A DNA stretch of 32,000 nt from Desulfocapsa sulfexigens DSM 10523. Lineage in GTDB: Bacteria; Desulfobacterota; Desulfobulbia; Desulfobulbales; Desulfocapsaceae. The notes under the pieces were generated by a model. The model made no database searches and had not been told where the DNA came from. It saw nothing but the letters and a program-made list of their open reading frames with translations. The stretch is from positions 2,580,001 to 2,612,000 of the forward strand of contig NC_020304.1 in assembly GCF_000341395.1 (NCBI RefSeq), written 5' to 3'. Of the stretch, positions 26,195 through 32,000 are shown piece by piece. Each line of letters starts with the position of its first letter. The stretch's first letter is position 1. Position numbers and translations under genes: made by a program.

Positions 26195-26301
26195 GGAGTT
26201 GTTTCGTGTTGATTATATGGGACGCCATAAACCCATCCCTGGGGGCTCTGCTGCGGCCGTCCAGGCCGCAGATGCCCATATAATCAACACGAAACAACTC
26301 C
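26195..26301. repeat. Perfect 27-bp inverted repeat with a nested GC hairpin; the core of a roughly 180-nt rod-like structured element
   Basis: GGAGTTGTTTCGTGTTGATTATATGGG (26195-26221) is the exact reverse complement of 26275-26301. The 53-nt spacer contains CTGCGGCC (26251-26258) / GGCCGCAG (26264-26271). An outer 11-bp stem pairs 26162-26172 with 26329-26339. Coordinates were cross-checked against track ORF 26213..26401. Confidence 0.8.
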
Positions 26302-26416
26302 TCCTCAGACGGGTAGGCTGAGGATTAGTGGTAATTAGGTTTTTAATTGACCTGTATGCATTTTTTAAGCAGGAAAAGCAGTAAAAGTCCAGAAAAAACA
26401 TGGTTTTTTTGTAAGA

Positions 26417-26647
26417 TTAATTTCTCTTTGTTCCTTTGTAGGTGAATGCTTTAGTGATCATTGTGTAAAAGCTCCCCTTATCTATTCCGATATTTTTTCC
26501 GCATGGGCATTGGATCTTATGGCCATTTTGTCTGGAGTTGTACATCTTGGTAATACGATCCTTGTGGCAGCGCAGGACTTCTCCTGGACCAATCTTGTCA
26601 TATCGCCAGAGTTTTTTTCTGCATGCAGCACAGCGGATTATGAGCAT
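26417..26647 (-). CDS. Small Cys-rich (zinc-ribbon-like) hypothetical protein, 76 aa
   Basis: MLIIRCAACRKKLWRYDKIGPGEVLRCHKDRI...KIQCPCGKNIG carries CxxC ... CH ... CxC. There is no clear Shine-Dalgarno (the upstream sequence is C/T-rich), so its coding status is uncertain. Confidence 0.45.
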   Translation of the reverse strand: MLIIRCAACRKKLWRYDKIGPGEVLRCHKDRITKMYNSRQNGHKIQCPCGKNIGIDKGSFYTMITKAFTYKGTKRN

Positions 26648-26730
26648 ATCAATGGGGAGGGGAGGACAGAGTGGATAGCAGGTTTGCGGTACGATACACA
26701 GAGGTGGTGCAATAAATCATATATTTGTTA

Positions 26731-27357
26731 TTAATAGAAAATTTTATCTATTAACGACTCAGATGGCTGGTCAATGTTGTTGTCTTGATTATGAGTCTGT
26801 CGCTGCAGATTAAACATGGCAAGCAGATTATCATCCATGCAGAGTTTGTAGCTTTGAGCTGAAATGATGTTTCTGCTCACCGGATGTATCAGTTTTGCCG
26901 TTATGTATAATGTACGGTTGTTTATCGAATAGGTTCCAACCAGGATTGCCTGAACCGGCTGCTCTGGGGTGATTTGGGAGAGATCCCTCGAAAGTATTGT
27001 TTCCCCATCGGCCGGAGTGATTTTCATGGTATTGCGGAGATTCACTTCCTTTACCGTGTAGCCGAGCTGGACCAGTCGTGCCCCTATGTGGCTCTGCAGT
27101 AAGCGACCCATCTGTGATGTGCTCTCCAGGTTGTCAAGATCCACGAATGTTGAGGTGAGAACTGCGTCTTCGGGATGTCGTGGTCGCAATGGAGGCATGG
27201 CAGAACTACTGAGGTCGTCGGTGATCTTGTTCCCCAGATTGATCAGGTCAATATCGGCACCAAGGAGAGTCTCCAGACGTGTACAGTTTAATGATGAGCA
27301 GCTGGAAAGCAGAGGAGTAAGCAACACAATGAGGAGGATCTGGTAGAGAGGTTTCAT
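26731..27357 (-). CDS. Lipoprotein, FlgO-like family
   Basis: It has a signal peptide + lipobox (MKPLYQILLIVLLTPLLSSC). VLTSTFVDLDNLESTSQMGRLLQSHIGARLVQLGYTVKEVNLR ... AILVGTYSINNRTLYITAKLI matches the FlgO-family pattern as I recall it. Confidence 0.55.
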   Translation of the reverse strand: MKPLYQILLIVLLTPLLSSCSSLNCTRLETLLGADIDLINLGNKITDDLSSSAMPPLRPRHPEDAVLTSTFVDLDNLESTSQMGRLLQSHIGARLVQLGYTVKEVNLRNTMKITPADGETILSRDLSQITPEQPVQAILVGTYSINNRTLYITAKLIHPVSRNIISAQSYKLCMDDNLLAMFNLQRQTHNQDNNIDQPSESLIDKIFY

Positions 27358-27368
27358 GGAAAGGAATA

Positions 27369-28040
27369 TTATTGGATGGTAGAGACCATCTGAATAGTTT
27401 TACCCGTTGGGGCATTCTGATAATGCCAGAAATCCGGGTCATTAATGTAGTAAATATCTGAGGTTCTGAATAGGTATTGTTCGTCGGCCACCATGGATGT
27501 GGTGATGATAACCTCGTAATGTCCGTTCACAGGTCCCGCTGAATTTGCAATGTCAATTCCTGCTGCAAGAGCCAGCATTTGAATAGTGCTTGGAGCGTGG
27601 CGGAGAACTGAGATTGCCGCAGTGATTACGGACAGCGTACCTGGAGGTAAGGTGTAGCGGTTGCTCGCATGATAAACCACCTGCACCTTGTAGTTAACTT
27701 CAATATCCGAAACCTTTTTCTCAAGGCTTGTCGGAACACCGAAATTGACGAGTCTTGTTATAAGAAGATCCCGGAATCCTTCGTTAAACTGTGTGGTCTG
27801 TCCTTGTTCACAGGGGGACGCATCATCGCCGCAGGTGGTTTTGACATAGACCGCTTTGTCAACAAAATCAGTTATAATCAGCCGATTGTTGATTTGATTT
27901 GCCACGTCGCTTGCCAGTACGTCCCAATGGTGGGCGGCCTGCATCTTCTGCTGTTCGCTATAAGCGTAGGAAGCCGGCTGGGGAATACGTGAACAACTAC
28001 ATAGAAAGAATACCAGAAGAAGGATGGAAACCACGCGCAT
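27369..28040 (-). CDS. Hypothetical lipoprotein (223 aa)
   Basis: It has a signal peptide with a Cys lipobox-like end (MRVVSILLLVFFLCSC). I recognise no family. Its stop is 11 nt upstream of the FlgO-like gene start, so the two are probably in one operon. Confidence 0.65.
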   Translation of the reverse strand: MRVVSILLLVFFLCSCSRIPQPASYAYSEQQKMQAAHHWDVLASDVANQINNRLIITDFVDKAVYVKTTCGDDASPCEQGQTTQFNEGFRDLLITRLVNFGVPTSLEKKVSDIEVNYKVQVVYHASNRYTLPPGTLSVITAAISVLRHAPSTIQMLALAAGIDIANSAGPVNGHYEVIITTSMVADEQYLFRTSDIYYINDPDFWHYQNAPTGKTIQMVSTIQ

Positions 28041-28148
28041 TATGGGATACCTTTAGTTGTTGTCGATCATTTTTTTAAGAGTTACATAACTCTATCGGAT
28101 GATTGGCTGAAAACTGAAGGAAAAACATTTTGCGCAGCACAATTTCTC

Positions 28149-28589
28149 TTAGCCCATGGCATTGAGTTTTTGACGAAGCTGAGCTTCCGGTGGAGCACCA
28201 ACGATCTGATCAACCATCCTGCCATTTTTGAAAAACAGAAGGCTTGGTACTCCACGAATCTTGTAATGCATGGCAGTTCCAGGGTTGCTGGAAGTGTCAA
28301 TTTTAGCAATAATAACTTTACCGAGATAGTCCTTTGATAGTTTTGTGATAAGAGGTGCAATTGCTTTGCACGGACCACACGTGGGCGAATAGAAATCAAC
28401 CATGACGGGTAATGAGGATTTTGCAATAAATGTTTGAAAATCTGCATCACCAAGTTCCACTGGAATGGCCTGAGGGGAAACGGGGATCTGTTTGCCACAC
28501 TTGCCGCATTTTGGTGAAAGATGCTGCTTGCTGGTGGGAATTCTATTCTTTGTTCCACAGGATGGACAGGTGATAATCAGGCTGTTCAC
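28149..28589 (-). CDS. trxC: Thioredoxin 2-type protein (N-terminal zinc finger + thioredoxin fold) with an atypical TCGPC active site
   Basis: The N-terminus carries CPSC...CGKC (two CxxC pairs) followed by a Trx fold (VMVDFYSPTCGPCKAIAP...RGVPSLLFFKNG). The active site was verified on the DNA at 28368-28382 (ACG TGT GGT CCG TGC). Confidence 0.88.
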   Translation of the reverse strand: MNSLIITCPSCGTKNRIPTSKQHLSPKCGKCGKQIPVSPQAIPVELGDADFQTFIAKSSLPVMVDFYSPTCGPCKAIAPLITKLSKDYLGKVIIAKIDTSSNPGTAMHYKIRGVPSLLFFKNGRMVDQIVGAPPEAQLRQKLNAMG

Positions 28590-28806
28590 GGGATACTCCT
28601 TTCTTTTTTTCTTAAAAATGATGGGTAGAAAAAAAATGCGCTATGACTAAAATGTGAATGAAAGACAGGACTGTCAAGAGCAGGCTTTCCGGAAGTTGCC
28701 GGAGCAGTTCACTATTGCCCAAACAGGAAGCAGTGTATATAGTCTACTGCGTTATTCTTTGATTTTACGAAGTTATAAAAAATTGTTCAGCTCTTTCTGC
28801 CCCTTT

Positions 28807-29661
28807 ATGTCCATTGATCTTCATACCCATTCCTGGTTTTCAGACGGGACTAAAAGTCCGACGGAACTGGTGCAGCTTGCGTTACGCAGTGGGGTTTCGG
28901 CGCTTTCCATTACTGATCACGACACAATGGATGGCGTGAGTGAAGGACTGACTGCCGGTGTGGAATACGGAATTGAGGTGGTACCTGGTCTTGAGGTGAG
29001 CGCTGTTCATAAAAAGAAAGCTTTGCATATTCTCGGATATTACCTGGATCCCGCTCACCCTGAACTTACCGCAGCTCTTTCTGTCTTGCAGAAGGCAAGA
29101 GATGGGCGCAATGAAAAAATCATTCACAAGTTACAGGGATTAGGTGTCCCTGCGACGGTAACGGAATTAAAGGAGATCTCGGGCTACGGTCAAACCGGTC
29201 GTCCCCATATTGCCAAATTGTTGATGAAACATGGTTTGGTGCGGTCTGTACCACAAGCCTTTGATGAGTATCTTAAAAAAGATGGAAAGGCGTATGTGGC
29301 ACGCTTTGCTTACAGTGCTGAAGAGGCCATTGGTCTTATTGTGCGTGCCGGAGGAATTGCTGTGCTTGCCCATCCCATCCAGGTTGATAAAACTCTTACA
29401 ATCCTTTCGACGCTGCTGCCTGTCTTGAAATCCTATGGTCTTGCCGGGATTGAAACATTTTATCCAACGCAGAAAAAGAAAGTGCGGCAACGAATCAGGA
29501 TACTGGCAGAGGAAAATGATCTGCTGCTCACCGGAGGCAGTGACTATCACGGAGACATTCGTCCTGGGACCCGACTGGCAGGTGGCAATAACGTACATGT
29601 TCCTCCGGAGCTTCTCGATAAAATGAAAATATGGCTTGGCAGGCAACCTTCTATTAACTGA
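28807..29661 (+). CDS. PHP-domain phosphoesterase (TrpH/YciV-like)
   Basis: I moved the start to ATG 28807 (MSIDLHTHSWFSDGTKSP...ALSITDHDTMDG). The later AHP and GGSDYHG metal-ligand motifs are present. Confidence 0.85.
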   Translation: MSIDLHTHSWFSDGTKSPTELVQLALRSGVSALSITDHDTMDGVSEGLTAGVEYGIEVVPGLEVSAVHKKKALHILGYYLDPAHPELTAALSVLQKARDGRNEKIIHKLQGLGVPATVTELKEISGYGQTGRPHIAKLLMKHGLVRSVPQAFDEYLKKDGKAYVARFAYSAEEAIGLIVRAGGIAVLAHPIQVDKTLTILSTLLPVLKSYGLAGIETFYPTQKKKVRQRIRILAEENDLLLTGGSDYHGDIRPGTRLAGGNNVHVPPELLDKMKIWLGRQPSIN

Positions 29662-29684
29662 TAAATATAAGAAAAGAATCTATT

Positions 29685-31076
29685 ATGTACTCAATACTTG
29701 TTGTTGATGATGAGCCCAATTACCTCATAGTTCTCTCGGAACTCCTTCGTGACGAAGGATTTGAAGTTTTTACTGCTTCCTCCGGTACGGACGGTATAGC
29801 ACAGGTGGCGGAAGTCGATCTTGATCTCGTTATTACCGATATGCAGATGCCGGGTATGGACGGTCTGCAACTGTTAGAGAAGGTCAAAGAGAACAACCCC
29901 AACCTGCCGGTTATCATGATAACCGCCTTTGCTGAGGTTGAAAAGGCCGTTGCTGCAATGCAGGCAGGTGCTTACAACTATCTCTCCAAACCGTTCTCCA
30001 ATGATGAATTGCTCGTAAATATCAATAAAGCGGTTCACCATTATGCTCTTCTTCGCGAAAACAGCAGGCTGCGCCAGGAGATGCTGGAGCGTACCGGTTA
30101 TTCCGGAATGGTGGGAAAGAGCAGACATATGCAGCAGATGTACGAGTTGATTGAAAAGGTGGCCCCCACACCATCTTCGGTTTTGATTACCGGGGAGAGT
30201 GGTACCGGTAAGGAACTGGTGGCTAAGGCGATTCACTATAACAGCCCTCGTGCCGACAAGCCTTTTATCACTGTAAACTGTGCGGCCCTTGCCGAGAACC
30301 TTCTTGAGAGTGAGCTGTTTGGACATGAAAAAGGTGCCTTTACCGGTGCTGTGGCCATGCGTAAGGGACGTTTTGAACTGGCAGATGGTGGTACACTTTT
30401 TCTGGATGAAATCGGAGAGATTCCACTGGCTCTCCAGGCAAAACTACTCCGTGCCATTCAGGAAAAATGTTTTGAACGGGTCGGTGGTACCAATACATTG
30501 CATGTTGATGTACGAATAGTCAGTGCTACCAACCGGGAAATACGGGAAGAAGTAAGCAGTGGAAATTTCCGCGAAGATCTGTACTATCGTCTGAATGTCA
30601 TTCACCTGGCATTACCAGCCCTGAGAGAACGTCAGGATGATATTCCCTTGCTGGTGAACTACTTTGTAAAATCTGTGACCGATCGTCTTGGAAAAAAAGA
30701 TCTCAGCATCACCAAGGAGGCCATGCGTCTTCTTGTGAGTCTTCCCTGGGAGGGAAATGTCAGAGAGCTCGAGAATACAATAGAGCGCGCCGCTATTCTC
30801 TGTGATGATAATGAAATCAGAGCGGATGATGTACAGCCGGAATCACTCGGCAATGACAAACAGAAGGTCTTTGGTCGCGATCTTGATCTCAGTAAAGTCA
30901 TTCCCCCTGGTGCTGGACTTAATGATGTCCTCTATGCCATAGAGGACAGAATGCTGAACCAGGCACTGGATGAGACCGGGCATGTTCAGGCCAGAGCTGC
31001 CGAGATGTTGGGGATTACCAAGAGTTTGTTACAGTATAAAATGAAAAAATATGGAATTAAAAAGAAGAAAGGGTGA
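29685..31076 (+). CDS. Sigma-54-dependent response regulator (NtrC family: REC + AAA+ + Fis-type HTH)
   Basis: The REC domain has DLVITDMQMPGMDG. The AAA+ domain has Walker A GESGTGKE, the GAFTGA loop (GHEKGAFTGA) and Walker B LFLDEIGE. The C-terminal HTH is AAEMLGITKSLLQYKMKKYGI. Confidence 0.95.
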   Translation: MYSILVVDDEPNYLIVLSELLRDEGFEVFTASSGTDGIAQVAEVDLDLVITDMQMPGMDGLQLLEKVKENNPNLPVIMITAFAEVEKAVAAMQAGAYNYLSKPFSNDELLVNINKAVHHYALLRENSRLRQEMLERTGYSGMVGKSRHMQQMYELIEKVAPTPSSVLITGESGTGKELVAKAIHYNSPRADKPFITVNCAALAENLLESELFGHEKGAFTGAVAMRKGRFELADGGTLFLDEIGEIPLALQAKLLRAIQEKCFERVGGTNTLHVDVRIVSATNREIREEVSSGNFREDLYYRLNVIHLALPALRERQDDIPLLVNYFVKSVTDRLGKKDLSITKEAMRLLVSLPWEGNVRELENTIERAAILCDDNEIRADDVQPESLGNDKQKVFGRDLDLSKVIPPGAGLNDVLYAIEDRMLNQALDETGHVQARAAEMLGITKSLLQYKMKKYGIKKKKG

Positions 31077-31097
31077 GGGCGCAATCTGGGGTCACCC
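31071..31097. terminator. Weak hairpin between the convergent regulator and nadK genes
   Basis: GGGTGA (31071-31076, overlapping the TGA stop) pairs with TCACCC (31092-31097), leaving a 15-nt loop. It is followed by GGTTTCT. The whole intergenic gap is only 27 nt. Confidence 0.2.
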
Positions 31098-31103
31098 GGT
31101 TTC

Positions 31104-31958
31104 TCATCTCATGCCCCAATGCAGCTTATTGCGCAGGATTGCAAAATAATCGCGATCCGGAGAAATAATGAGGCGCAGGCAGTGTTTTGCTGCCTCAATC
31201 TCAAGAGTGTCCTTTTCATCCATGTCCCAGACCGGCTGTCCGTCAACAATGATTTGAGCCTTATAGGAACGTCCGGCTTCAAGGTATGTCCGCAGCCGGC
31301 TGTGTGCGGGCAACAGCATGGGCCGGGATCCAAGCATAAATGGGCAGATGGGAGTTACCAGCATGGTGGCCACTCCCGGATATACCAGGGGGCCGCCGGC
31401 GGAAAGGTTATACGCCGTTGATCCGGTGGGGGTGGAGAAGATAAGGCCGTCTGCCTTATAGGTTGTGATGTATTCCTGATCCGCCCGTGTTGAAAGCTCA
31501 AGAACCCGGTCAGTTGTTCCTTTATTGATGACAACATCGTTTAATGCGTATCGGGAATTTCCTGTTTTGCCGTCTTTATTGAGCGATGCCTTCAGCATCA
31601 TCCGATTTTCAATGGTAACTGCCCCGGCTATCAGCTCATCCACCGCTGCAAATGCCTCTTCCTCGGTTCTCTCCGTTAGAAACCCAAGATATCCCATGTT
31701 AATTCCAAGCACCGGAACGGAGTAACGCGCGGCCTGGTCGGCGACGTGCAAAAGAGTGCCGTCACCTCCGACGACAATAAGGACATCGAGATCGTCACTG
31801 AAGCCGTCGATGGTAACCGCAATACCGTGTTTTGCCAGTTTTTTTGCAATCTTCTGAGCAAGCTCAGCTGCGGGGGAATAGTTCTTTTTTAAGACGATTC
31901 CAGCATGCCTGAGTGAAAGAGTGAGGTTTGTGCGAAAGGCTTCTGAAAGTTGAGTCAT
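31104..31958 (-). CDS. nadK: NAD+ kinase
   Basis: LDVLIVVGGDGTLLH (the GGDG motif), NMGYLGFLT and STPTGSTAYNLSAGGP are all present. Confidence 0.95.
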   Translation of the reverse strand: MTQLSEAFRTNLTLSLRHAGIVLKKNYSPAAELAQKIAKKLAKHGIAVTIDGFSDDLDVLIVVGGDGTLLHVADQAARYSVPVLGINMGYLGFLTERTEEEAFAAVDELIAGAVTIENRMMLKASLNKDGKTGNSRYALNDVVINKGTTDRVLELSTRADQEYITTYKADGLIFSTPTGSTAYNLSAGGPLVYPGVATMLVTPICPFMLGSRPMLLPAHSRLRTYLEAGRSYKAQIIVDGQPVWDMDEKDTLEIEAAKHCLRLIISPDRDYFAILRNKLHWGMR

Positions 31959-32000
31959 ATCAGTCAGTTTTCCCGAGCTCTTTGGAGCGGTTGACTGCGG

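Noticed and set aside
26241-26250. GGGGGCTCTG is identical to the 5' end of E. coli 4.5S (SRP) RNA, which raised the idea that the hairpin element is ffs.
   Set aside because: It has no GGAA-type tetraloop or conserved domain IV loops, and no 3' GCCCCC partner. A perfect 27-bp duplex is unlike SRP RNA.
26213-26401. A 62-aa track ORF (MFFLDFYCFS...) in the Zn-ribbon / L,D-transpeptidase intergenic region.
   Set aside because: It runs straight through the 27-bp palindrome and the GC hairpin, so its sequence is dictated by the repeat. It has no SD and its composition is implausible.
28730-28750. The palindrome GCAGT-N11-ACTGC lies 57 nt upstream of the PHP gene and superficially echoes the CAGTGT...ACTG pattern of the dinB motif.
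   Set aside because: The spacing differs (11 versus 3 and 5 nt) and it lacks the flanking ATGCTA / TGTG. A 5-bp palindrome is expected by chance.
31959-32000. A possible 3' end of another minus-strand gene upstream of nadK. Two frames are open to the window edge, ending at TGA 31964-31966 or 31960-31962.
   Set aside because: Only 42 nt are available, so the frame and product cannot be determined.
1-32000. I looked for CRISPR arrays, tRNA/rRNA genes, IS elements, integrases, toxin-antitoxin pairs and known defence-system genes.
   Set aside because: I saw no direct-repeat/spacer arrays, no tRNA-like T-arm motifs in the larger intergenic gaps, and no transposase, recombinase, nuclease or ATPase gene pairs typical of defence islands.

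Overview
This 32-kb segment is densely packed and reads like core chromosome of an anaerobic Gram-negative bacterium. Gene content suggests a Desulfobacterota-like organism, but that is inference only. I support about 30 protein genes. I recognised no rRNA, tRNA, CRISPR array, transposase, integrase or phage gene. Left to right the genes are: a partial ResB/Ccs1 cytochrome c maturation gene (missing from the ORF track because it runs off the edge), rpmB, a small acidic ORF, a methyltransferase + SDR pair, a secreted 942-aa M16 zinc peptidase, a tandem universal stress protein, a 45-aa TM mini-ORF, an orphan 1398-aa two-module membrane protein, selU, a frameshifted mini secreted-peptide gene, a BtuCDF/FecCD-type ABC importer, a LemA-TPM-TPM cluster, a Gate-domain membrane protein, an orphan SBP_bac_3 binding protein, SppA (67K), DinB, a Crp/Fnr regulator, a YafK-like L,D-transpeptidase, a small Zn-ribbon protein, two lipoproteins (one FlgO-like), TrxC, a PHP phosphoesterase, an NtrC-type sigma-54 activator and NadK. 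I could not identify a clear-cut novel multi-gene system (defence island, mobile element or similar). The most unusual items are: (1) the giant internally duplicated envelope protein; (2) a roughly 180-nt rod-like structured element with a perfect 27-bp inverted repeat between the Zn-ribbon gene and the L,D-transpeptidase gene; (3) a second 24-bp hairpin elsewhere; (4) a small signal-peptide gene broken at a T6 run; (5) a sequence motif shared by the dinB promoter spacer and an orphan intergenic region. Product calls rest on motif recognition from memory and no database search was run. Where the ORF track's longest ORF began at a weak upstream start, I moved the start to an internal ATG.
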